A stretch of 64,000 nucleotides of DNA, taken from positions 62,001-126,000 of the IMG/VR virus record IMGVR_UViG_3300005289_000052. The stretch is one strand, 5' to 3'. Made by a program: the position numbers and the translations under genes. Under the pieces are notes generated by a model. The model worked only from the letters and a program-made list of their open reading frames with translations. It was not told the DNA's origin and did not search any database. Each line of letters starts with the position of its first letter. Within the stretch, counting starts at the first letter, position 1. This document shows, piece after piece, positions 30,436 through 39,404 of this stretch.

Positions 30436-30557
30436 AGCCCCATGTAGTGCTCAAAACGTCGCATGACGTGTTGTACGAGGCCTTCATCTTTAGGACGACG
30501 AATCGACCATGCCAAAGAAAGGACAACGTTAAAGAGGGCTAGGTAAAAGATTTCCAT
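30351..30557 (-). CDS. Possible small membrane protein
   Basis: MEIFYLALFNVVLSLAW...; overlaps next gene by about 85 nt. Confidence 0.35.
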   Translation of the reverse strand: MEIFYLALFNVVLSLAWSIRRPKDEGLVQHVMRRFEHYMGLWLSLGIAEMCLWLIWMCNFTQRPGIVH

Positions 30558-30589
30558 AGGTTCAGTCTCAGGCTCCTTAGCCAATTAGA

Positions 30590-30724
30590 TTACGCGAATG
30601 CTTGCTTCACCGCATAGCCGACGCATGTAAGGATAAACAAAAGGTTGGCAGCAACAAAGGCCGCGTTACGTTGACGATCCCGACGACGGGCGTGAATGCG
30701 GGTGACCAGAGGATTGGCGAGCAT
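30590..30724 (-). CDS. Small membrane protein (44 aa, not in ORF track)
   Basis: MLANPLVTRIHARRRDRQRNAAFVAANLLFILTCVGYAVKQAFA; GAGG RBS. Confidence 0.55.
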   Translation of the reverse strand: MLANPLVTRIHARRRDRQRNAAFVAANLLFILTCVGYAVKQAFA

Positions 30725-30726
30725 GG

Positions 30727-30987
30727 TTAAGACCTCGTCTTAGCACAGACAATTTCACGGGTCATCCTGCCGGTGTAACCCGACCCACCGCCACTAGACC
30801 CCACTGACGCGCTCACGGTGGTGATGAAGGTGTCGTTCTTTTCGGTTACGTCGTTACCCAACACCTGACGGGCGTAGGCGTGACATTCCTTCATCGAGTA
30901 CATCGGGATGTGTTCTTGTGATACTGCGTTACCAGCCCCATTAAAAATGAAGATGGTGGAGATTGCAAATACGTTTGGGATTGCCAT
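30727..30987 (-). CDS. Hypothetical protein
   Basis: 86 aa; AAGGA RBS; hydrophobic N-terminus. Confidence 0.55.
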   Translation of the reverse strand: MAIPNVFAISTIFIFNGAGNAVSQEHIPMYSMKECHAYARQVLGNDVTEKNDTFITTVSASVGSSGGGSGYTGRMTREIVCAKTRS

Positions 30988-31044
30988 TTTGTTTCTTTCC
31001 TTTCTGAAGGATATAAAAGGCCGCCCCGAAGGACGGCCAGAGGG

Positions 31045-32094
31045 TTATTCGTCGTCGTGACCGAGAGAGTTCTCGCGTTTGCCGCCTTTGGAAACATCGC
31101 AAGAAACGCTTTCGCCGTAGTAGCCGTTGGAAGAACCCATCCAGCGAACCACGACCATACCTTTCAAACCACCGAAGCGGTAAAAGGTCCAAGTCTCGGA
31201 ACCGTAGTAATCTTTCGGCAGTTCCACACCATCATCAGTGTTCGGAGAGTGTGAGGCTTGTTCTGCAATGATCAGAGGACGTCCAATCAAATCCATGAGG
31301 TCGCCCTCAATGTCTTCGATGAAGACCGACTCACAGCAATCCTGGTGATGCTGGAACATTGCGTTGGTGCCGTCGGACATTACGAACAACAGTCGGTCGA
31401 AGGTGATAGACTTGAGGTCTGGTTGGAGAACCTTGCCATCTGCCGAAGCCATACGGTCTGGGAAGCAGATCGCTTTTTCGTCAGAGTCGCTAGGGTACAG
31501 AACGATCTGGGTGACCGTGGCACCTTTGAGTAGCTCTTCGATCTTGGTGTACTCAACATCGTTGGCTTTCGCCACCCGGATGCCTTTCCAGTGCTCGGCG
31601 CTCTTCTCTTCCTCTTCTTCCTCTACCAGCTCTCCTTCCAATGCCTGCTCAACAACCGCTGGCACTTGAGGAGCTTCGTTAATCACTGGCTTTGGCTCAC
31701 CGCCGTTGTCAACGATGAAGCGAACAGCATGACGGAACACAGCCAACTTGCGACGCACTTCGTCAGGGATCGCCAGCAGGTCGCATGGAGTAATCACACC
31801 GTACTTGGCCAGGATGCGTTCGAGTGCAGCTTCCATCTCGATATCCCAACGGCTGGCCATAACCAGAATGATAACTTCGAAGGGTGTCGACAGGCCGAAA
31901 GCTTCTGCCACTGTGGGTTCACAACGGCACTCAACCCGGTAGGCGTTTTCGTCTTGGATAATCGCCATACCTTCATGGCGCATTTCCTTGATGCCTTTGC
32001 GTGCCAGTACACCCAGCAACTCAGAAGCAATTTCTTCACCAACCTTTTGGGTCAGTTCGTGGTCACGCATTCTTGCAATCAACTGCCGGTCCAT
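31045..32094 (-). CDS. Hypothetical protein with C-terminal conserved phage QDCCE/SNGYY domain
   Basis: HQDCCESVFIEDIEGDL...TWTFY...RWMGSSNGYYGESV. Confidence 0.7.
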   Translation of the reverse strand: MDRQLIARMRDHELTQKVGEEIASELLGVLARKGIKEMRHEGMAIIQDENAYRVECRCEPTVAEAFGLSTPFEVIILVMASRWDIEMEAALERILAKYGVITPCDLLAIPDEVRRKLAVFRHAVRFIVDNGGEPKPVINEAPQVPAVVEQALEGELVEEEEEEKSAEHWKGIRVAKANDVEYTKIEELLKGATVTQIVLYPSDSDEKAICFPDRMASADGKVLQPDLKSITFDRLLFVMSDGTNAMFQHHQDCCESVFIEDIEGDLMDLIGRPLIIAEQASHSPNTDDGVELPKDYYGSETWTFYRFGGLKGMVVVRWMGSSNGYYGESVSCDVSKGGKRENSLGHDDE

Positions 32095-32120
32095 CTGAGG
32101 ACTCCTAATAAAGGCATAGC

Positions 32121-32139
32121 CGGGCTCCCGAAGGAGCCC
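32121..32139 (-). terminator. Hairpin terminator after ATP-grasp operon
   Basis: GGGCTCC-CGAA-GGAGCCC. Confidence 0.6.
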
Positions 32140-32146
32140 AAGCTAC

Positions 32147-33466
32147 TTAAACGATGATGTGAGGGATGAAGCGTTCGTTCTTCCACGACAGAGTCGGGGA
32201 TTCGAACTCGCGGATACACAGGGTAGCCGCAGTCGAGTCGAGCATGTCATCACGGTCTTCCACGGCGTCAGGCACCATGAACATACCGATGATGAAGTTG
32301 TTGCGCCCTTCGACTTGACCCGGTGGACAGTACGCCTGATACACACAGTCATCGGTGTACGGACCTTCGGATTCGTGAACCAGTTCGTTCTCGTCACCGA
32401 ACACCTTGACGTTGGACGACATGCGACCAACCTTAGGCTTCTGCACGTACGACATACCCGAGTTGATGAACGGCTCAGCCGAGACGTAGGTAGCCAAGGT
32501 AGGAACATCGTCCCACTGGCAACCGTAGCCTGCTGGATCGCTTTCACGGAGGTAAGTGATGTACGCCCAGATGCCTTTGTTCGAGGCAAACCAACGCCAC
32601 GCAGGTTCGAGGAACGTTACGTTGTTGGCCCAGTACTGCCACTCTTTGTAGCCTTGCGGGAAGTTTTCAACCATCTCTTCCCACGGCGACAGAGCAAACA
32701 CCACGTCCAGACGCCGATCACCGATCAACCATGGTTTCTCACGGCAAGCGTGGTCGTAGTCGATGTCGGAGAAGTCAGCGAACAGGGTGGTATTGTTCTG
32801 ACCCAGGATCTGAGCCAGCGTTTCCGAAGTTGCCATGTCTTCGAAACTGTCCTTCTCGAACAGCACGCCGACGTAACCCGGAACCTTGCCCATTTCTTCG
32901 AGTTCGTGGATCAGCGTGTGCCAGAACATGTTGAGCTGGTCTTCCTCACCACCGGTGAACTGTTTACACAGCTCGGTTTGGAGGTTGACCGATTCGAACA
33001 ACATGGTCGGGGTATCGCCGTTGAACTCGTAGATACCTTTGACGGTTTCAGTCGCAGGATCAAACGCCGCATCGAAACGACCGTAGAGCGACTGGCGCGC
33101 CGAGGTGTGCGTACGGAAGGTGTGCTTCGCGTAGTCGATGAAGTACGGGTGTTTACGCAGGAAGTCGCAGCCCATGAACTCCATGATGGTGCTCTGGCTT
33201 TCATTGAACAGACGACCTACGGCGTCAACCAGTTGAGCGTAAGCACGCTCGAACGTGGTTTCCAGTGGAGCACACGACTCTTGACGGATCGTGTAAAACG
33301 GCAGCGCGGCCTGGTTGTCGAGGAAGTAACGGAAATAATCAGTTACATCTTCTTTGAACGTGGCATCGGCGATTTCGCCTTCACGATAAAAACCTTGGGA
33401 CCACGGCAGCTCTTCAACCATGATTTTGTTCAGGTTGAAGTTGATAGGTTTCAGGATGCACTTCAT
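32147..33466 (-). CDS. Glutathionylspermidine synthase-like ATP-grasp ligase (YgiC/YjfC type)
   Basis: SLYGRFD, YEFNGDTPTMLFES, FLEPAW...SNK, KPKVGRMSSNV; no CHAP amidase domain. Confidence 0.85.
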   Translation of the reverse strand: MKCILKPINFNLNKIMVEELPWSQGFYREGEIADATFKEDVTDYFRYFLDNQAALPFYTIRQESCAPLETTFERAYAQLVDAVGRLFNESQSTIMEFMGCDFLRKHPYFIDYAKHTFRTHTSARQSLYGRFDAAFDPATETVKGIYEFNGDTPTMLFESVNLQTELCKQFTGGEEDQLNMFWHTLIHELEEMGKVPGYVGVLFEKDSFEDMATSETLAQILGQNNTTLFADFSDIDYDHACREKPWLIGDRRLDVVFALSPWEEMVENFPQGYKEWQYWANNVTFLEPAWRWFASNKGIWAYITYLRESDPAGYGCQWDDVPTLATYVSAEPFINSGMSYVQKPKVGRMSSNVKVFGDENELVHESEGPYTDDCVYQAYCPPGQVEGRNNFIIGMFMVPDAVEDRDDMLDSTAATLCIREFESPTLSWKNERFIPHIIV

Positions 33467-33468
33467 GT

Positions 33469-34074
33469 TTAGCTACTCGCCGATCCGTGAGAAGACGCAC
33501 GTGCACTGCTCCCCGACATGACACCGGTGGAGCGAGAGGACATGACGGTCGAAGACATCTTCGACTGGAAGTTAGGAGACGAACGAACCGAGGAACGAGC
33601 CTGGTTCATCATCATGGTGCTGTTTGCCGAAGTGGCAGTGTTCATGCGACGACGACGTTCGTCTTCGGCGTACGTACTGCGACCAACCGGCTGGTATTGC
33701 TTCGAGTAGTTGTTCATACCACCCATGCTGTTCATGGCCGAAGCCAACATGTAACCGGCAGCCATACCACCGAGCAGTGGCCAGACCGTGTCGGAGTTTT
33801 GACCGTCAGCGGTTTCCTTCACGATGTGGACCTGCTTTTCACCCTTTTCGTTGTAGGTGAAGTACACGTCTTTTACAGCGGGGTCTTTCGATTGGAGTTC
33901 AGCGAGGGTTTTCTTACGATCTTCCTCGTCGGACGCCAGAGTTTGACGGACCTGCTTTTGCGCTTCGTCTTCAACAAAGGCACGCTCTTCGTCAGCAGAA
34001 GGTTGTGCTGGTTCGCAACCGACCAAAGCGGTGGCGGCAGCAATTGCCAACAATGAGAGTTTAGTTTTATCCAT
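33469..34074 (-). CDS. Lipoprotein, DUF1190/YgiB-like, with Ser-rich tail
   Basis: Lipobox ALVG-C after signal peptide; WPLLGGMAAGYML; C-terminal SSRSTG...SSHGSASS; 2 nt from GSP-like gene. Confidence 0.75.
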   Translation of the reverse strand: MDKTKLSLLAIAAATALVGCEPAQPSADEERAFVEDEAQKQVRQTLASDEEDRKKTLAELQSKDPAVKDVYFTYNEKGEKQVHIVKETADGQNSDTVWPLLGGMAAGYMLASAMNSMGGMNNYSKQYQPVGRSTYAEDERRRRMNTATSANSTMMMNQARSSVRSSPNFQSKMSSTVMSSRSTGVMSGSSARASSHGSASS

Positions 34075-34090
34075 GATGTAGCCTTGAGAG

Positions 34091-34127
34091 AAAATAAAAG
34101 GGAAAGGGGAGAGCCGAAGCCCTCCCC
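34091..34127 (-). terminator. Intrinsic terminator
   Basis: GGGGAGAGC-CGAA-GCCCTCCCC with T-rich tail on minus strand. Confidence 0.65.
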
Positions 34128-34135
34128 ACGCAGAA

Positions 34136-34381
34136 TCAAGTAGCCATCGGAGAGATTGAGTCAATGACGATTACTGCTTGTCCTGGCTCTTTCAACTTTT
34201 GGCGATAGACTCGAAGAAAAGCTTCGGCGTCAAATGGTGGTTGGTTCGCAAACCGTTGGCTCATACGTTCCAGTACCTCAGCAGTGTGCTGTGGCGTGGT
34301 GTCGTAGAAACCAGCAGTGATATCCACCTGCACTTGATTCTTGCGCCCAGTATTTTGAAACAGATCGATGACCTTCGACAT
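34136..34381 (-). CDS. Hypothetical protein
   Basis: 81 aa, TGATG coupling to thyA. Confidence 0.55.
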   Translation of the reverse strand: MSKVIDLFQNTGRKNQVQVDITAGFYDTTPQHTAEVLERMSQRFANQPPFDAEAFLRVYRQKLKEPGQAVIVIDSISPMAT

Positions 34382-36069
34382 CAGACGGCTGCCTTGGGGA
34401 ACTCGATTTTTCCAGAATGCTTATACCCAACGATCTCGATGTCTTCCATTTTGAAATCGAAGATGTTCTTGATGTTGGGGTTCAAACGGATGGTTGGACG
34501 GGAATCTTCCACAGGCTCCTGATCCAACCACTTGAGTACCGCAGGCCACTGGTTCTCGTAGATGTGGCAATCGCCGCCGGTCCAAGTGAAGGTATCGGCG
34601 GCGTGACCAGTTACTTGAGCAACCATGTGAGTCAGCATTGCGTATTGTACAACGTTGAACGGATGACCCAGCGGTACATCGTTACTGCGCATGTACAGAT
34701 GCGACGACAGCTTGCGGGTCGGGACCTTGGCATCGTCCAAGAACTGGAAGACTTCAGGATGACGCTGGAACTCGTGTTCGTGACGACGATCATCGTGCAT
34801 CACGGCCATGTTCAACACTTCTTCGGACATATGCTCGAAGCCAGCAGGCTTGTACGTACCCAGCCACTCCAGTCGCTCACGCACCGACATCGGCTTGGAG
34901 AAGAACTGACAGAAGGTGTGGCAAGGACGCAGCGCCATCTCTTCCAGCTCAGCCACGTTCCATGCGGTCAGGATGATACCCCGATCGTCAGGATTGTTGA
35001 TGAGTTGGTCGATGATCTTCTTCACCTGGTCGATCTCGCGACTCACGACGTAGGTTTTACCCTTACCATGAGTTTCGATGTAATCGCTGGAGATCTCACC
35101 GTGGAAGTCATACCCATGTTCAGACAACACGCGGTATTCTTCCTCGCTCACCAAACGAGTGTCATTCCAGTAGCGCCACTGATGCTGGTAGATCTTCGGC
35201 AGTTCGCCAGCAGTGATGGTCTGCGTAGCGATGTCCTTGGACTCCGCGAAACGGTAGAACAGTTCGAACAGCGGAGAGTCTTCAGGCAGCGTTTTCACGA
35301 TGGCTTCAAACAACGGGAGCAGCCACTTGTTGTTGGTGGAGCGCTCGTCGGCCAACAACTCACGGATAGCCGCCGCTGACTTCCAGCGAGTATCTTCGAC
35401 AAAGACCATGACGAAGTCGCGCAACAGGTTTGCCTGAGCAAACGCGTTGAGCAATTCACCCCAGGTGAGGTGACGCCATTCGGCAGTCGTCGCCTTGACC
35501 CACGAATCCCAAATACCGATGTTGTGCTTCTTGAGGAAGCGAACGTTGGTATCGCCCGACAGCATCCAGAGCAACTCGCCCTTGATGCCGAAGTTCCAGT
35601 TGAACTTGGTGGAGATCGACGGCAGTTGACCCATGGAGATGTCCACGGTGTAAGACTGCGAGTTGATCGCACGGGAACGCACCCCGGTACGAGTCTCACT
35701 GTCCACACCCTGCTCCATGATCTTGAGCACCAGCTCGCGGACGTGGTAATCCACGTTGTACGAACTAGGGTCTGGCAAACCAATGATGGCTTTCCCTGGA
35801 GACCACTGGCGCTTCATGCGCTGTTCCAAACGCCACAGCTTGGCCGAAACCTCAGGACGGAACTCGAAAGGAATCCGAGCGTTGTCCAGAGCGCAGATAG
35901 CGTCACCTACCTGCATCGGGTCGTTCAAGTCAGCTAAACACGCTTGGTAGTTACCCGACTCGGCCAGTAACGACATACGCTGGGAGAAGGAATAGAAGTT
36001 CAGCGAGCTGTTGTCGTGATCTTCAATCAGCTTGCGCGCAGTGCGCATACGTTCGTTCAAGTCTTTCAT
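34381..36069 (-). CDS. thyA: Thymidylate synthase (with extensions/insertions)
   Basis: GELLWMLSG, IWDSW, MALRPCH (catalytic Cys), MRSNDVPLGHPFN, GDCHIYENQ. Confidence 0.93.
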   Translation of the reverse strand: MKDLNERMRTARKLIEDHDNSSLNFYSFSQRMSLLAESGNYQACLADLNDPMQVGDAICALDNARIPFEFRPEVSAKLWRLEQRMKRQWSPGKAIIGLPDPSSYNVDYHVRELVLKIMEQGVDSETRTGVRSRAINSQSYTVDISMGQLPSISTKFNWNFGIKGELLWMLSGDTNVRFLKKHNIGIWDSWVKATTAEWRHLTWGELLNAFAQANLLRDFVMVFVEDTRWKSAAAIRELLADERSTNNKWLLPLFEAIVKTLPEDSPLFELFYRFAESKDIATQTITAGELPKIYQHQWRYWNDTRLVSEEEYRVLSEHGYDFHGEISSDYIETHGKGKTYVVSREIDQVKKIIDQLINNPDDRGIILTAWNVAELEEMALRPCHTFCQFFSKPMSVRERLEWLGTYKPAGFEHMSEEVLNMAVMHDDRRHEHEFQRHPEVFQFLDDAKVPTRKLSSHLYMRSNDVPLGHPFNVVQYAMLTHMVAQVTGHAADTFTWTGGDCHIYENQWPAVLKWLDQEPVEDSRPTIRLNPNIKNIFDFKMEDIEIVGYKHSGKIEFPKAAV

Positions 36070-36077
36070 ATCTGTCC

Positions 36078-36281
36078 TTACAGAACTTTCACGGCGGTGG
36101 TGTCACGAATGATCGTGCGGCCACGGCTAGGGATGTTGTTGTGGTCCATGGCTTTCACCAAGGCTTGTTCGTAGGTGTACCCGTCGTTCTCGTACGCCTG
36201 TACTTCTTGCCGCCAGTTCGCTTGCTGCTTGAAGAGCTGGATACGTTCTTGCAGGGACAGCTTGCGATGTTTAGGCAGCAT
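36078..36281 (-). CDS. Hypothetical protein
   Basis: GGAG RBS before MLPKH. Confidence 0.55.
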   Translation of the reverse strand: MLPKHRKLSLQERIQLFKQQANWRQEVQAYENDGYTYEQALVKAMDHNNIPSRGRTIIRDTTAVKVL

Positions 36282-37089
36282 ATTTCTTCTCCACGTGACC
36301 ATAAAGGAAGTTAAGGGCTTCAAAGAACACCATACCGAGATCGGCGTACTGGAAGTTTGTGCGTGGAACGTCGTCGGAAGAACCGATTACCAGTTCCCAC
36401 TCTTGATTGACTTCATCCCACTCAAGAGAATGGGACAGTCGCAGTTCTCGAGTGAGTTTGTGAACTTCTTTGTAGAAGTCGCCAAAGGCTGGGTGACTCG
36501 GACCATCCATTTTTGGCAAGTGGTCAGGTTTGGCCAAGTTCCAACGACGGGCGTGCAGCCAGACGTCAGGACGTGGTTCAACACTACCGGTCCAGCCGAT
36601 GGTGAAAGGATCGCTGACCTTCAAGCCCAACTTACCAGCCAATTCGCCCATGGCGTCAGCCGGTTTAGCGGCCTTCATGTTTGAGAAGCAGGACATCATG
36701 TCGACGGCCTGTTCGTGACCTGCGTCGATGTCGTCGTAGATGTAGGCGTTCTGGAGAGCGTCTACCAATTGTTCCAAACGACCGATGTGGTCGACACCTT
36801 CTTCGAGGGTGATGATCCCGACCAAGCACGGTTTGCAGTCACGCTCGTTGGAGTAGTGACCCAGCAGCGAGTTCAGTACTGTCAGATGGAACATCAACAT
36901 CCGGCCAGCGAAGTTATCGGTGTAGCAAGTCACCACCCGTACTGGGTAGGGATTGCCTTTGGAGTCTACCAGCGCTTCTTCACCCAAACGATTCGTCTGC
37001 CATTTGAAACCTGCCAGACGCTCGTCCGATGGAAGACGGGACAGGACACCTGGGATAACGGTTGCGATTTGTTTCATGTTTGCATACAC
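36271..37089 (-). CDS. Hypothetical protein
   Basis: 272-aa ORF. Confidence 0.65.
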   Translation of the reverse strand: MYANMKQIATVIPGVLSRLPSDERLAGFKWQTNRLGEEALVDSKGNPYPVRVVTCYTDNFAGRMLMFHLTVLNSLLGHYSNERDCKPCLVGIITLEEGVDHIGRLEQLVDALQNAYIYDDIDAGHEQAVDMMSCFSNMKAAKPADAMGELAGKLGLKVSDPFTIGWTGSVEPRPDVWLHARRWNLAKPDHLPKMDGPSHPAFGDFYKEVHKLTRELRLSHSLEWDEVNQEWELVIGSSDDVPRTNFQYADLGMVFFEALNFLYGHVEKKYAA

Positions 37090-37098
37090 CTTCTGAGG

Positions 37099-37548
37099 TT
37101 ATAGAACGAAATGAGCGATGGGATTACCCAACAGATAATCCATCATGGACTCTTTGTGCACGAATACGTCTTTACCGCTTTCGTAAATGAAACACACTTG
37201 GAGCGCATCTACGAAACTTTCCAGCAGACTGCTAATCTGACCTACGTGTTGATACGTAGCGATATAGACAGCCGATTCCCAACCCTCGGGGATCAGTTGA
37301 TCTTTGAGTATCGGGGAGTAACGACCGACTGTCGCCACAATCAGGCCGGTGTTCTTCACGCGAGTTACTGAGATAGCAATCTCATTTGTGCGCCCTGTTT
37401 CCCCATCAGTCAATTCCAGGTTCGCACCAAGTGGTTGCACTTGACGGAAACCTTCGATGTTCTGCATGTGGTAACGAAGTAATTGAGGGCTAAGGATACA
37501 TTCTACTTTTAACACTTCTCCACCTTCTGAGGGAAAATTGAACGGCAT
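37099..37548 (-). CDS. Hypothetical protein
   Basis: 149 aa, follows promoter motif. Confidence 0.6.
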   Translation of the reverse strand: MPFNFPSEGGEVLKVECILSPQLLRYHMQNIEGFRQVQPLGANLELTDGETGRTNEIAISVTRVKNTGLIVATVGRYSPILKDQLIPEGWESAVYIATYQHVGQISSLLESFVDALQVCFIYESGKDVFVHKESMMDYLLGNPIAHFVL

Positions 37549-37560
37549 TACTTCAGCTAG

Positions 37561-37577
37561 ATGATATACGTCTGTAA
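37561..37577 (-). promoter_or_regulatory. Early promoter motif variant (TATATCAT)
   Basis: Minus strand TTACAGACG-TATATCAT-CTA, same core and flank as 29746. Confidence 0.5.
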
Positions 37578-37631
37578 TACATTTAAATCAGGGCATAAAG
37601 GCAGGCCCGAAGGCCCACCCCTATTTAACGC

Positions 37632-39344
37632 TTAGTCGCTGGACGACGAACCGCCATCGGAGCTACCACCGGAGTCATTACCACCGCCGTAACCGCTGTC
37701 ATCGCGAGCATCACGATGTGGCGCTGGGTCGTAACGGAATGGAGCTTCGTCAACGTGAGCGAACTCAGGACGCTGGCCACGAGCGTAGACTTTGTCGCCC
37801 GCAACGTTGTCACCGGAACCCGAGTGGGACTGCTGGATGTTGCGCTCGTGTGCAGCTTCGGCTCGAGCTTGCAGTTCCGGGTTCAGTTCGATGGGACGAG
37901 ACAGCCCACGACCGATTTCCGGGTTGTCACCGTAGTTGACGTTCAGACCACCGTCAGCACGACGCTCTACAGATTCTGGCAGGCGGACTTCTTCACCGAA
38001 GGGTTGACCCGTGCGGATCTCTTCGGCAACTTCGTCACCCATACGCCCAGCTTCTTCTTCATCGTCCAGGTCATCCGGCAGATCGCCGTCTTCTTCCTGC
38101 TCGAGTTCCAGACCATTGCCGTCATCGAGCGGTTCTTCGGGCACTGGATCGCCTTTCAGGGCGTCCCAGCCTTCCAGCACCGATGCCTTGATGGCAGCGA
38201 TGGTTTGGTCAGGTGCAGGATCGTGTGGATCGATAGCGATCACCAGAGCCTTCTTGCCTTCCATCGGATGGTCGATGAAACCGTCGAAGAACGCTTGACC
38301 TGCACGTTCAACAACCGCCTCGCCTTCCTGGAGTTTCCAGCTCAACAGATCGAAGTCGCTGGATTCGAGGTAAGCGTTGGCCACTTCGAGCGACAGGACT
38401 TCGGCAGGCAGTTGAGCAATGCGCTCAGCTTCGGCACGGGCGTCAGACGCACGTTGTGCTTCGGCTTCATCGAACTGCGCTTGTTCTTCGGCCTTGGCTT
38501 TGTCGTCAGCGATCAGACGCTTGTAGGCGTCAGCCAGGATGTACGACCAGCGCTCGAGGTTGAACCCCGACGCAGGGTCGGTGATTTCGTCCAGGGTGTA
38601 GAAGCCGCAGGTGATCAGCTCTTCTTCTTTGCAGGTGACTTCGATGTGTGGCGGAATGCCGACCGAATACACCAGACCCAGGTGTTGTTTGCCGACGTCG
38701 TTGGCGTCGTCACGGATGAAGCCTTCGTGACTGAAAGTGGTCGGGCAGTTCTGAATCAGTTCCTGGAAGGTCATGCCGGAGAAGTCCAGCTCTTCGTCCA
38801 TTTCCTCGATCAGGCTGGCGACCATGGCGTCGCGAGCATTGAGGGTCCAGTTCGGGTAGAAGCGCATCGACTGAGCTTCTGGATGACCGGCCGCACCGAT
38901 GGAGTGGTTGCCCGCCAGCTTTTCTTCGCCGACCTTCTTGCTGCGCTGGAAGATGAAGAACTCGATCTGGTTCTTGGCTTCGTTGTGACGATGGATCATC
39001 ACGTACGGGATCGGGTGACGGAACAGCGGACTTTCTTCCAGACGGCGGCGACGAGTCATCACCATGTCCAGCTTGATGCGGTCGAAACGCTCGGACATTA
39101 CGTCCTTGAGTGGATCGGCGGTGTACTCGAGACCTTGTACAGTGAACTCGGCGTCGATGGCGTCACGCCAGTAGCCGATCACCAGGCGGTCTTTCGAGTC
39201 GACTGCTTCATCACCCGGTTGTACGGTGGGAGCAGCGAGGCCAGCTTCGGACGGGTGCACGTTACCCAGCTCAGCTACAGCTTCGCCAACAGGCAGAGCC
39301 TGGTCTTGAGCCAATTCTTCCGACGGTTGTTGTTGCAGATCCAT
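37632..39344 (-). CDS. Nudix-like (COG4112-type) hydrolase fused to long acidic/low-complexity tail
   Basis: LEE.P.FRHPIPYV, QR...GEEKLAGNHSIGAAGH, LIEEMDEEL, VGKQHLGLV; C-terminal acidic region ending GGSSDGGSSSSD. Confidence 0.7.
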   Translation of the reverse strand: MDLQQQPSEELAQDQALPVGEAVAELGNVHPSEAGLAAPTVQPGDEAVDSKDRLVIGYWRDAIDAEFTVQGLEYTADPLKDVMSERFDRIKLDMVMTRRRRLEESPLFRHPIPYVMIHRHNEAKNQIEFFIFQRSKKVGEEKLAGNHSIGAAGHPEAQSMRFYPNWTLNARDAMVASLIEEMDEELDFSGMTFQELIQNCPTTFSHEGFIRDDANDVGKQHLGLVYSVGIPPHIEVTCKEEELITCGFYTLDEITDPASGFNLERWSYILADAYKRLIADDKAKAEEQAQFDEAEAQRASDARAEAERIAQLPAEVLSLEVANAYLESSDFDLLSWKLQEGEAVVERAGQAFFDGFIDHPMEGKKALVIAIDPHDPAPDQTIAAIKASVLEGWDALKGDPVPEEPLDDGNGLELEQEEDGDLPDDLDDEEEAGRMGDEVAEEIRTGQPFGEEVRLPESVERRADGGLNVNYGDNPEIGRGLSRPIELNPELQARAEAAHERNIQQSHSGSGDNVAGDKVYARGQRPEFAHVDEAPFRYDPAPHRDARDDSGYGGGNDSGGSSDGGSSSSD

Positions 39345-39404
39345 GAAAAGGTCCTTTTCAGGTTAACGGTTATTCAACACAGGATCACTCGTCCCTGTTA
39401 GAAA

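Noticed and set aside
37730-37790. RGQRPEFAHVDEAPF resembling a terminase Walker B segment
   Set aside because: Isolated short match inside a low-complexity tail with no Walker A or other ATPase context
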